A DNA stretch of 63,250 nucleotides, filler included, from Reticulomyxa filosa (GCA_000512085.1; 11 parts of 11 records of this genome joined end to end with filler, not necessarily neighbours in it); one strand, 5' to 3'. Shown: positions 27,558 through 40,040, counted from the first letter of the whole stretch. Numbers and translations: made by a program. Notes: a model not told the origin generated them from the letters alone.

Positions 27558-28507
27558 TCATAACAATTTTCTAAAGAACATGCATATTGTATCACTTATT
27601 ACTTCCCATTTCGTCAATAATGTCCCTGCATTTTTTTTTTTTTTTTTTTTGCATAATTTAAAAATGCGCCATTAGAGATTACAAAAAAAACAGAGGTAGA
27701 CAAAACGTAACTGAATTTCAGTCAAGACCCAATTAATATCTTGCACAATTTGTTCTAACTCAGAAAGCTCTTGATGAAGTCGTGGCCTCCAAATATCTCC
27801 TTCGGCAGAAGAGTCGCAAAGGTTATGCTGCTGAGAATGTGTGGACTTTTTATGTTGATGCAGTTTGGAAATAATAGCATTTGCTTTGGGATGGCTCCCA
27901 TGTTCATGACATTGTTGTTCATGGTTGTCTTTTGGTCTGCATTGCAGTATTTTTTGTTTTATTCCCATCTCCTAAGGTTTGGAAATATACAAAAAACATA
28001 GACAAATTTGGAGGGCGTTTTTCATCCAAAATTTGTCGCATTCATTCATCGACACTGTTGATCAGAAAAAAAAAAAATTGTTTTTATTTTGTTCGTTATT
28101 AACTAAGCTAAATTTTTGGCTTTCCAATTTTTGTAATTTTATCAAAAGATTGGACTGCTTTTCATTTTGCAAATTTGTTATTATCTCTTTCATTTGATCG
28201 TTCACTGTCTGAAATTGTACAATTGCTTTTTTGCAACCATCCAAATATTCCTCATCTGTTTTGGTGCCTTTTATCAATTCTCTGAAGGATCTGTTGTTAG
28301 AATTGTTTGGTGCATGAAAAAAAAAAAATGATGCTAGCATATGGATCGACTTATCAGCGTTGGATTTTGTTTTTGTTGGCACAAAGAATTCGAGTTTAAC
28401 AGTTCCAGCACGTTTGACGCTTTTGCGCGTTCCTCTTGAAGAATTAATGATTTTTTCAACAACAAAAGAGGATTTGACGGTTCTTCTTTTTTATCTTCAT
28501 TTTGCAT
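27558..28507 (-). CDS. REX1-B (C19orf60)-like protein
   Basis: 'LQEERAK...SFRELI...EYLDGCKKAIVQFQTVNDQM...LLIKLQKLESQKFSL...IVQDINWVLTEIQ' matches the REX1-B helical pattern. The last exon is uncertain. Confidence 0.65.
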
Positions 28508-28945
28508 TTCAAGCAGGATTCCACTTTTTTGGTGAATTTTTTTATTTAAGAACAAGCGCAATCTTCCTTTTTCAGCTGATGACCTATCCGCAATCTTTTA
28601 ATCGAAAATTTCAAATTGCATAACTCTAAATTTTTGTGAAAAAATTTTTTAGAGATTTATTTGATGTTCAAATTTATAAACATTCTTTATATCTTCCGAC
28701 CTTGTTTAAGACAGCTTGAAAATTAAAGCTAAACGATGAAAGAATCTCATCTAGTAAATATTTAAATGGAGAAAAAATTTACAACAGCCAACGAAAAGAT
28801 AATGTTACTTTTCTTCTACATCTACGTCCATTTCATGACAAAATTTTTTTGGGAATGTTTGCACGCAGTCGCCCAACACCAACCCTCTGCAGAGGAGAAG
28901 AATTTTTCTAACAAAAAAAAAATAATATACGAAATACATAATATA

Positions 28946-29663
28946 ATGGAAGGTATATGGAAGGTCGAAGGTGAAACCGAGTTCAATGGCCATTTTCTCA
29001 ATATTGAAGATAACGGCCACTCTTTTGTTGTAAGCAATCCTCTCAACAGCAAAAAGCTGGGAGACCTGACCCCAGATCCAAGAAACCCAAATAGTGTAGT
29101 GATGAATTTTTGCAGTGAAAGAAAAAGACGGAATTTTGGGGCTTACTTTAAGCAAGGCCAAAGAATCGTTATGTTTTACGTAATGGAAGAAAGGGAAAAG
29201 GAGGAAATAGATGTTTTAAAAGGGAATTTTTTTGGGGGGGGGGGGCATTGCATGTGTAAGTTCACTCGGTTGTCTCTCGCGTTGAATGTTTAACAGAAAT
29301 GGAAAGATGGCAGAGACGGCGTCGATGGAGAAGATTGGGTGAAAATAGCAAATAACATAAATGAATGGAGGCGACAAAACAGCAAGAGAAACAAATCAAA
29401 CCGAGGTAATAATAATAATAATAATAATAACAATAGCGGTAATGACAATTGGACAACGTATGAGTTGAATGAAGATCCAAGTCAACACCACTCGTCCCAA
29501 CGCATTCAATATAAACTCCATGCATCACAGCGACAAAGACATCAACAAGGAGCAGAGAACGAGCGTAACAAGCTTATGTCTGATCCTTCCATCATGGCTG
29601 CATCCTTACCTTCGCTCCCATTCATTCGTCACCATCAGTTATGTGCATATTATTTACTGTGAT

Positions 29664-29699
<36 letters not shown>

Positions 29700-32600
29700 T
29701 GAGAGAAGCTTCGGAATTTATTATTATTATTATTTTTTTTTTTTGGATTGATTGATTGACAGAAAAAGAGGGGGTAGAGGGCAACAACACAATGTGACAA
29801 GATTAGTCCACGCATTTCCCAAAAATTCCAAGCAACAAATGTTCGACTATGACGATGGTGAAGAGGACGAAGATGACGACGACAATAGCGATGATGATAA
29901 TAATGATGATGACAATGATGGACTACACCAATACCAGCCGTTTAAACAGTACGGAACTCATCATCCTGCACGTGGACAACAAGGTCGTGGCCGTGGAGGC
30001 CGTGGTGATCGCGGTCATGCAGGTCGAGGCTATGGCCGTGGCCGTGGACGCGGATATGGGAATGAACGTGGACGTGGACGTGGACGTGGGCATGGTCGTG
30101 GGCGTGGTCGCGGTTATAATCATGAGCACGAGCATGAACACCAGCATGAGCACGAACATGAGGAAGAGGAGGACAATTTTGAAAGTGAAGAAGATGATGA
30201 TGAAAATAATTTTGATTTTGGTTTTGATTTTGATAATCTTAACCTTGATGATATTGATTTTGATGACGACGATGATGACGATGATGACCAACCTTGGAAA
30301 AGTCGTGGACGCGGCGGTGGTCATATTCGCGGGCGTGGACGTGGTCACCTTCGCGGCCGTGGTCGTGGTCGTGGTCGTGGTCGTGGCCGTGGTCGTGGCC
30401 ATGACTACGAGTATGAGGATTACCTGCCCCGTGGACGAGGAAGGGGAAGAGGAAGAGGAGGAACAGGAGGATGGAAAGGAGAAAGAGGAAGAGGAAGAGG
30501 AAGAGGAAGAGGGGGAAGAGGCAGTGGAAATGGACGGAGCCGTGAAGCAAAAAGCTTCAAACGACCGAGATACACGAAGTATTTAACAGACCAAGAGCTC
30601 GCTGAAGCCATCGAAAAAGGGTATGTCGTGATTGGCCAGTTGAGCATTTCCAGACACTCTCCGGACATTGCATTTGTTCGAGGAAAATTTCCCAATGATG
30701 TGCGTATCATGAGATTGGTGGATAGAAGTTATGATCTAAATTCAAAAAAAAAAAAAAAAAAAAGAGAGTATGGGAAGGGGGATAGAACAAGAAGGGGGAA
30801 AAAAAAAACACACACACACACACACCACAGACCGATGTTTTCAAGGGGACACTGTGGCCGTCTCTTTGTATCCATTTATGGAATGGTATCCCAAAGAGTC
30901 TGCAGACTACATTGAGCTTGAACAGAGACTCAATGCAAGGGACGAATCTTCCACCAACATTGAAACCAAATCGGGCGAAGAAGATGAGAATGAAATGGAC
31001 GAGGATGAAATAGAAGAGTATGAAGACTTTGAAGATGACGAAGAGGACTACGAAGATGAAGATGAAGATGAAGATGAAGATGAGGATGACTTGATGGATC
31101 TGGAAGCTGAAGAGGATAATAACGGTAGTGCAAGTTTAAGAACGATGCAAAAGACAACACAACACGACAACATGGGGACTCTATTGGCAAAAAACACACC
31201 AGTAGAAAAGTCATGTCCACAATTGAGTCCGACCAATCGAGAGAAAAAACCAAAGAGGGGGAAGGATCGTCGTCATTGCTTCATTTGACCTCCAATCAAA
31301 AAAAGCCAAGTGGTGATAAGGACAACGGAAATGATGATGAAGACGAAGATGAAGGCGAAGACGAAGAGGCTATGAACGAGGCAATACAGGGAATTGACAA
31401 GCTTTCTATGAACATTCCCGAAAATGCCCCTCCCGTGTTGAGGGCACTATTGGAACAAGAACACCGTCGAATGCAAAGCCAAAACCTCACATCTTCTCAG
31501 TCGCAAGCTAACAAAGGGACAGCCGTAAAGAAAACACCAAAAGACGGCAATTTGACAGCCCAAACTAAAAAAAAAACAAAAAAACAACAAAAAGGGGCCT
31601 CCTCCACAAGTTTGAGCGACAACAGCAAACAAAAGACTCCCGCTTCGCGAAACATTCGTGAAATGCGACAATTGGTGAACTCCCAAAGTGTATGCTATTG
31701 GGAGTATGTACAGCGAAAGCGCAGACCAGTGGTGAGCCAGCCAGATTTGAAGACAGAAGAGAACATATATCCAAACCCTTCTGAAAAACCGGGTTACTCG
31801 CCAAGGGGAAAGATCGTGGCCGTGTTTCTCGAAAAGCGAACCAAAGTCATCTCCGCCGTGTGTGGATATATCAAGTTTCCAAATCAACCTTTTGAGTTTT
31901 TCCGAGACAACCTAGTCGAATTTGTCCCGTTGGATAAGAGAATGCCAAAAGCACATTTTCCGTTTGAAGAAGGTTTGTTTGGCAAACTTTATTTTTTGTA
32001 CATACGATATATACATATATATTACATATATATATCTTTGATCTAACTTATTACTATCAATAATCTTACAACAACAACAGCGCCATCAGAGGCGTATGAG
32101 TTAATGATGCAACGTGTGGAAATATCGCGACAGCAAAGAAGGAATAATTCTGGAAAAACGGCAGAAGGGTAAGGATAATTCCGAACGATCTGATACGGTC
32201 AAGGAGATTGATCGATGTTTACAAACTTATATCATTGAAGTCAAATTCCAAGAGGACTGGCCCATCACCGACATTTATCCTACCTGCCATTTTGTCCAAG
32301 ACCACGGCTACAGAGGCGAAATCAAAATGGAAACGGAACTTGTCTTGAAAACGAACGACATTCACTACCGAGTTTGGAGATAACTTGCACTGTATCCTCT
32401 TCTTTTGTCCCCTTTTGTTAGCCTTTGGTGTTCTGTTTTAAATTTGCGTTGTCCATTAAATAATCTTTTTTTTTTTTTTTTTTTTTTTTGATATTGTAAA
32501 CAAATAGTCCTTCACACAAGAAGTTGAAGATTTTGTCGCTAAAATGGCCATTACCGAGCGAGATTTTGTGAACAGATTGGATTTGCGAAAGTCAAGAATC

Positions 32601-33047
32601 TTTACCATTGACCCAACGTCTTCCAAAGATTTTGATGACGCTTTGTCAATTAAAATCATTGGAAACAACAAGTACCGCATTGGCATTCACATCGCGGATG
32701 TCACTCACTTCGTCAGACCAGGCACTCCTGTCGACAACGAGGCAAGAAAACGTGCGACCAGCGTCTATTTGGTCGACCAAGTCTTGCCAATGCTGCCACA
32801 TCATTTATCCTCGAATTTATGCAGTTTGAATCCGGATGTGGATAGACTCGCTTATTCGGGTGTGCGTTTTTGCTTTTTGTTTATTTAAGGTTTATTCATT
32901 TGATATATTTTTTAAAAAAAAAAAAATCATTGTTTGCCTTTGTTATTCTCTTTTGCACTTCGTTCGCATAGTATTTGTCAACGTCGATGAACAGTGCCAA
33001 ATCGTGTATGAGGAAAACTCTCCATGGTTTGGCAAGACAGTAATCAG
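28946..33047 (+). CDS. DIS3L2: DIS3-like exonuclease 2 (RNase II/RNB family), 3'-truncated, with long RG-rich and acidic N-terminus
   Basis: CSD1 '[23 protein letters not shown]...DR|[10 protein letters not shown]'; 'PRGKIVAV', 'FVPLDKRMP'; RNB '[25 protein letters not shown]...[11 protein letters not shown]...RATSVYL...[11 protein letters not shown]'. No PIN domain seen. Confidence 0.85.
29980..30530 (+). repeat. Coding RG/GR dipeptide, HE and poly-Asp repeats
   Basis: (CGTGGH)n, (GGAAGA)n, (CAYGAR)n and (GAY)n tracts. Confidence 0.85.
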
Positions 33048-33077
33048 GTAGTGTTGTTTATGTTGTGTCTGTGTGTT

Positions 33078-33112
<35 letters not shown>

Positions 33113-33217
33113 TTTTTNNNNNNNNNNNNNNNNNNNNNNNNNNNNNNNNNNNNNNNNNNNNTTAATTAATTAANNNNNNNNNNNNNNNNNNNNNNNNNNN
33201 NNNNNNNNNNNNNNNNN

Positions 33218-33369
33218 AAAGAGATTATAAAGATGATGGAATATTATGTCTTACATTCTTAGGTTTTGAAGAAAAAGAAAAAAAGAAAAAAAAGAAAAGT
33301 TATGATTATAGTCGTGGTATTAGTCTATGTTTTGGTTCAAACCAAGGTCCTATTAGTATTTGGAGATAA
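33218..33369 (+). CDS. C-terminal fragment of a WD40-family protein
   Basis: 'GILCLTFLG...ISLCFGSNQGPISIWR*' looks like a terminal WD repeat. Confidence 0.45.
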
Positions 33370-33592
33370 ATGATTTTGTTGTTTGACTTGAACCTTTTGT
33401 GAATTAAAATAAGTAAATTTTTTATCTTGATATCTGATTAAATATTTGACGATAATTTATATTTCTCCCTTTTTTTTTTTACTGATTTTACTATTTTATT
33501 CATAACATTGATTTTTGTATTTTATGTTTTTTAGAAAATAACACTTTTTACAAAAGAAAATAAGCTCTGTGCCAATTTTATTCATTCAATCG

Positions 33593-36561
33593 TTACCATG
33601 CCATAAACCGTCCTCTCAATTTTTTTATTTTTGCTTTCGCTTCCAATGTCTCTGCATGAGATTCTCCCAATACATTATTGTAGATCTTGTATGCTTCTTC
33701 GTAATATGTCAATGCTATCTCTCTTTCTTTTTTGGCTTCGAATGCTGCTCCCAAATTCCAATTTGAATCACCAATTGATCTATCTGTATCTCTATACTCT
33801 TTTCTTATCTTCAAAGCTTTTTTATGGCATTCAATTGTCTTGTCATATCTTTGAGGTTAAAATAGTAGAGTCCCAGCTTAAAGTACAAGCCAGAGACATC
33901 AACGTGATTTTGACCGGAAATGTCTGATCTTATCTTCAATGATTGTTCGCAACATTCAATTGCTTTGTCACACTGTTTGTTATTATAATATATATTCCCT
34001 AAATTATTGTACAGCCAGGCGATCTCTTCGCGATTTGTTCCAGATATCAGTTTTATATTCAATGACTCTTTATAGCATTCAATCGCTTTGTTATATTGTC
34101 CATTATGGTAATAGGAATTTCCTAACTCTTTATACGAATCAGCAACCTCTCTGGAATTTTTTCCAAAATTTTCTATTCTTATTTTCAACGCTTGTTCATG
34201 ACATTCAATTGATTTGCCATACTGTTTATTATTATAATAGGAATGTCCCAAATTATAATACGAAGTAGCAACATCAACAGAATTTATTCCAAAAATGTTT
34301 GATTTTATGCTCAACGACTCTTCATGGCATGCAATTGATTTGTCAAATTGTTTGACATTATAATAAGAAATTCCTAATCGAGAATAGGACCGGGCAACAT
34401 CGACATGGTTTGTCCCAAAAATGTTTACTCTTATTTTCAATGAACTTTCATGGGATTTAATCGCTTCTTTATACTGTTTATTGTAGAAGTATGAATTTCC
34501 TAAATTATAATATGACCAAGCAACGTCAACATGATTTGTTTCAAAGATACCTAATCTTATTTCCAATGCCTTTTCAAAATTTTCGATAGCTTTATCATAC
34601 TGTTTAAAATTACAATAGGAAAGTCCTAAACTATAAAGCACATCAGCAACATCTTTGTGGTTTATTCCAATAGTGTCTAATCTTATTTTCAATGATTTTG
34701 TATAGCATTCGATTGATTTGTTATACTCTTGTTTCTGGGAATATGAATTTCCTAGATTGACATACAATTGTGCAACAAAAGGGTAAACCTTGTCAAAATT
34801 GCTTGACACGATCTTCAATGCTTTTTGATAGGATTCAATTCCTTTATCATAGTCGCCTTTATTGTAATAAACAACACCAATTATGTTGTTGGCAACAGCA
34901 ACAAAAAGATGATTCAATCCAAAATTGTCAATTGCAATTTGTGAGTATTTGTGCAAATGGCGAAGGGATTTATCATAGCATTCTTTTTTTGTACATTCTT
35001 CTTCTTTGCATTCAATGTCCTGGAGCTGTAATGGAATATCGTGATGTATTTTTGAATTCCATTGAATAATAGAAGCGGATTGTTCCGATTGTGGATCAGT
35101 CTTTGCATTTTTTGTTACAAATATTTGTCGAGTGGTAATTGTGACACTTCCTTTGCATTGAAGGTCACAATTAATAGCATAAACAATTCCATCGATATTT
35201 ACATTTTGCAATATAACCAACTTTTTTGGTATTATATACATGCAATATTCATCGAATACCTTTATATTATCTGCTAAAGTGGTAAATAGAGAAAGATTAT
35301 CATTTCTATTTTTCCATTTCGATGTATCATAGGCAATAACAATCAATCCTTGTTCATTGTTGCTTATCATTTTTTTCTACTAATCTCACTGCTTCTGCAT
35401 TTGCTTTTCTCCATGTCCTGCGCCAGTGTATTTTTAAATCCAGAGTATCTGAAGCGTTGTCATTTTTACACTCACCATTGTCATTATTATCATCCATTTC
35501 CTCATGTTGTAATTTCTGAATAAAATAAATATCAAAAGAGGCAGTTGAAACAAGTTGAACGATTTCTCTTCCCAATGTCTTGTCATTCATAATGTTTCTA
35601 GTTTTTTTGATGACAAAATCAAAGCTTTCATTAATATTCTTTTCGATGGTTTGACAAAAAATTTCAGTGAAATAACTTCCTTTTTTAATAATATCATACT
35701 CGCTTCCTGAACTATCAGCTATTACTTTGCCTGGAGTGGTTGCGAACACTATAAATGTATCTGCCTCTATATTGTACCATGATACTTTTCCACGATTAAT
35801 CTTTATTTGATCAGGATGTTGCTCCCCTCTGCACCCAATTTTTATAAATATTTTTGGTTTTTTAACAAAGTGTTTTGATTTCATAAAAGTATTCTGAATA
35901 TCTTTGAAATCATTTGTTTCTTCGTCACTTGTAATTAATGTATCTCCATTCATTCCAAATCCTCCATGTCCACACCACACAAAAATAAATGCATCAAAAC
36001 AAGCATTGCTAGTATGCAAAGCCTTATGATGATCAAGAAAACTTTCCAATTGGCTTGCAGTAAGTGATTCAGTTGCCGAATTTTTTGGATCATAAGTGTT
36101 AAATACTTGATAACCAAATTTGGATTGGAATAATCTTTGGAATAACAAAAGATCTCGTTTTACACCTTCCAAATATGGGAGTTGCTTATATTTAATTGCT
36201 CCTGTTAATAATACCAATGGATTCTTTATTTTATGTAATAATTCATTTTTTTTTTTTTTTTTTGGTTAATGCATTTCATTTGTGCTTATTTCAAAATGTT
36301 TCGTAGTTCGTTAATAGAGAATAAACTTGGCTGAAGCTGCAAATTGAAAATTACAGGACGATCTTCAAATGCATCAATTACATTTTCATCATTTTCAACA
36401 CAACAACCATCTCCATCAGTGATCGCAATCAATTTGTCGTTTGCATGAGCAGATTCCATAATTTGAGCGATTTTTCGTTTCAGGTCTTTTAATGTCAGTT
36501 CTGACAACGTTATTTTGTGTGCTTTTTTACCATCGCTGATATGTGCTTCGTACAAAGACAT
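33593..36561 (-). CDS. PB1/ubiquitin-like + caspase-fold (peptidase C14) + linker + ~10 TPR fusion protein
   Basis: Exon 1 MSLYEAHISDG...; catalytic 'FVWCGHGG' and 'KPKIFIKIGCRG'; p10-like 'ADTFIVFATTPG...KGSYFTEIFC...QLVST..IYF'; 42-aa TPRs. The ORFs join via 1-nt shifts at A runs (~35373, ~33851). The intron-1 acceptor is obscured by a poly-A run. Confidence 0.85.
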
Positions 36562-36792
36562 GTTATTAAAAGTCTTTAGTGTTTCAAGTCTTAATATTTT
36601 TTTCTTCAAAAATTATAGAGTGACAAAAACGCTTTGAACCAATTGGTTCCCGTGTACACGAATTTATTCGATAATCCACCACGGTGGTAATTTTGTGTTC
36701 ATTTAACTTGTTCATTCGTTTTTCATATTTTGTTTTGCCCCTTTTTGTGTTGAAAATCACAAGGGAAATCTTTATAGAAATTATTCTAAGTA

Positions 36793-37809
36793 ATGTCGAA
36801 AATTGAAGAAAAAGAAGCTGATGGCCCACCCTTTGGCCTTCAAAACATCCCTTCTCGTAATTTGGTAGACTTTGTGTTGAAGACAAGAGATAGCGCACAA
36901 AAGGCAAGCTATTTGGTAGAATACACGCCGCAGCCAATTGAAATAAAAGACGAACAAAACGAAAAAATAATCTTTGCTTTATGCCTAGCAGAAAATTTAT
37001 TGAAAAAACCAACTGCGATTCCTCCAAAAACCCAAGAGAACCAAAGTAAGAGTGAAAACGTGGCAAAAAATAGTCCGTTTTTGCCACCGTTTGCAAAAGG
37101 TTCTCACGTGTGTAGTATTAGTTTAAGCGAAAATATCAAGTATGAATTAATTTTGAACAAATTTCCAGTTTGGCCAAATCATTTGTTGTGCGTATCTAAC
37201 CCTTATGTAAATCAAACAGATCTATTGAGCAAACAAGAGTTATCAATGCTATTAGGATTATTGGAATCTTTTGATAGTGATGATCATGAAAGTATAATAT
37301 TTATGAACAGTGGCGCAGAAAGTGGAGCCACTCAGCTGCATCGTCATGTTCATTGCTTGTTTATAAAAAAGCCGGTCTCTAAAAAATTGCTTAAATTATC
37401 AAACGATGATCAATATGTCAATGAATTATTTAATGAAAAAAACAAGTTATTTCATTTTTTGAAAGTGGATTTTGACTTGCAATCTAAACAAACAAAGCTG
37501 AATCTTCCTCAACTGTTACATGATGAATACATAAAAATTCTTGATAAATGGAACACTGTTGATTTGCTCGCCCCTAAAGGTGTTTCCTACAACCTGGTAT
37601 TGCTGAGAAACACCATGATCATTATCCCAAGAAAAGAGTCACACTGGGTTTTTCACGACAAAAATGAAAATGATCCTGTTCGTATTGCGATCAACGCACT
37701 ACCATTCGTTGGTGTTGTATTTGCTGATACCAAACTGGGTTTCGAATGTGTCAAAAAAATTGGTTTGCAGTCAATTCTTACCCACGTTACCTTTCCTTTA
37801 AAAAAATAA
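36793..37809 (+). CDS. Ap4A phosphorylase / ATP adenylyltransferase (APA1/2 family, HIT-like)
   Basis: SPFLPP, LILNKFPV..HLL, Q.DLL, FMNSGAESGATQLHRHVH, YNLVL...IIPR, INAL.F.G; intronless, 338 aa. Confidence 0.88.
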   Translation: MSKIEEKEADGPPFGLQNIPSRNLVDFVLKTRDSAQKASYLVEYTPQPIEIKDEQNEKIIFALCLAENLLKKPTAIPPKTQENQSKSENVAKNSPFLPPFAKGSHVCSISLSENIKYELILNKFPVWPNHLLCVSNPYVNQTDLLSKQELSMLLGLLESFDSDDHESIIFMNSGAESGATQLHRHVHCLFIKKPVSKKLLKLSNDDQYVNELFNEKNKLFHFLKVDFDLQSKQTKLNLPQLLHDEYIKILDKWNTVDLLAPKGVSYNLVLLRNTMIIIPRKESHWVFHDKNENDPVRIAINALPFVGVVFADTKLGFECVKKIGLQSILTHVTFPLKK

Positions 37810-38613
37810 AATATGCAAAGAAAGGATGAGAGACAAAACTGTTTATCCTGTTCTCTTTCTGCGTCTGGTTGTTCTCATCAAAAATATTATCTTTTTGCTT
37901 TCATGTACAAAAAAAATTTTCAAAATCAAAAGTGGTCCAAAATAATTTGGAGTCGGTTATGACTCATACAACGGATAATTGAACATCTTTTTCATTCATA
38001 TGAAAATAATATTTTTTTAACATTATCTGCAAACATTCAAGTGTTCCATTTGTTTCATATTGTGATAATATATATATATATATTTATTTAATAACAAAAG
38101 AATAAAATACAATNNNNNNNNNNNNNNNNNNNNNNNNNNNNNNNNNNNNNNNNNNNNTTAATTAATTAANNNNNNNNNNNNNNNNNNNNNNNNNNNNNNN
38201 NNNNNNNNNNNNNCTTTTAACTTATGTTTTTTCTTTTAAAAAGCTTTAGAACACACAAAATACGACGTCGATTTATATGCTGAGTTGGGCTTAACCATAT
38301 ATTTTGTGGAATCACAAGCAACATGTTTTATTTCTTGCATTCGACTAGCAGTATGGACTGGTCAACAGTCTAGTTTAAGTTTTAATATATTCTACGTTAT
38401 CTGTTTTTAAAAATATATGTTGAAGGCTTGCAATTCATAGTCTATTTAAACTGCATATAAGGTACTAAAAAGTAGTCTTATGATTTCATTACTCATTCAA
38501 CGAACAAATGACGACGCATGAAAATAAATTGTTAAAGTTAGTTCAAGCTTTAAATAATTTTAAAAACGTTGAAATCGACTACGAAATTTTAATAGTTTTT
38601 TAAGAACAATAGA

Positions 38614-40040
38614 TTATATCTGATTAAAATAAAAAACGTTCTTGAGTTCCCACAATTTTTGCAGACATTTTGCTAAAATAACAGCGTCAGTCAAAGCCCC
38701 ATGCTTCTCTGATCTGTCGCAATCAACTTTTAAAAAAGATGCCATATCATCTAATTTATATGATTTTTTGCTGTGACAATTGCGGTAATACTTCATCGTA
38801 CAAAAGACATCTTGCTCATCAATGAATTTCCATTTCCATTTTTTGTGGGAGTCGCTCGAATGTAGGAGCTCAATACCTTGATTTAACTTTTTCATATCAA
38901 ATTTAGAGTTGTGCATTACCATCAAAGTAGGATGATACACCGTTGCTTCGTCCAGATTATCGCTGCTGCAATGAAAGCCTTTATATATATATGTATGCAT
39001 ACATATATTGTGTATCATTCTCAATCTCTTTGCTCGGTTGTAATGGAAGGCAATTGGAAATGAAGACGTACATTGATAAAACAAATAAATATATGTATAT
39101 GTATACAAAGGAGTGCACATGGTTTATGTACACAAAGCAAAGTAACGGAACATGGTCTTTGCAAGTGAACAAATTCCAGAAAGCATTGCATAGCGGTGCG
39201 CAAATCCTTGCCATTGGCATCTAAAAAACTTTTGGAAAGCTTGTGAATTTTATATGCGTGAGGATTAATCCACCCATTCCAAGGCTTTACGTATTCGTGA
39301 AATTGCCATGAGGTTGTTTGGCCATGCATTAACTCCACACAGCCGATTTCCAAAATATATTCATTGTCTCTCAAACCTGCTGTTTCTGTGTCCACGCACA
39401 ATATACGGTATCCGTTCTTGTTTGGCAATCTGTTCTCGACTATGGCGTTTAGATCCAGAAGAGCCATTGCTTTTTCCAATTCAGTGTCTTCTTTGAAGTC
39501 TGTTGTGTGGTGTGAGGGTACTGCGTTCTTTTCTTTGTATTTGCTGTTTTTCAATGAATGTGCTTGCGTTCTGGGAAGGTTCTGGGAACGTGTCTGTTTT
39601 CCTGCAGCGAACGCTGGTAATATACGCTTTTGCAGGATATCGTTTGTGTCATTTTTTTCAGGCTCTTCTTTTTGTTGTGGCTGTGGTTGTGGCTGTGGTT
39701 GTGGCTGTGGTTGTGGCTGTGGTTGTGGCTGTGGCTGTAGTTGTGATTGTGGCTTCTCCTCGTTTAAACTCAATAAGTCTAGTGTTGCTGTTTCACATTC
39801 CTCAGAAAACTTTTTGTAATGCTTAAGTATTTTTACCTTTATTTGCGTCAACACAAAAGCAAGCAAAAACGTAGATTTTTTACTATCTCTTTTCTTTTTT
39901 TAAACTGTTTCTATTTTCAGGTTTGGTGAACTTTCTTTGTTTTCTGCTGTGTCGCTTGCTTGATATTCCTTCCCAAGTTCTTCTGATGGATGATCATTCT
40001 CTACTACTGCAGTGGATTTTAGAGTGTTTTTATCTTCCAT
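38614..40040 (-). CDS. DnaQ/Pol III epsilon-like DEDDh 3'-5' exonuclease (3 exons)
   Basis: ExoI 'VDTETAGL..ILEIGCVEL', 'FHEYVKP', 'AYKIH'; ExoII 'HNSKFDM'; ExoIII 'YKLDD...HGALTDA'; (QP)n linker. Confidence 0.88.

Noticed and set aside
36793-37809. Bacterial contamination as the source of the APA gene
   Set aside because: Same contig as an intron-containing gene and lineage-typical WD40/TPR sequence, with matching composition.
38614-38670. PIP box at the DnaQ-like C-terminus (KNVFYF)
   Set aside because: Does not fit QxxhxxFF spacing.
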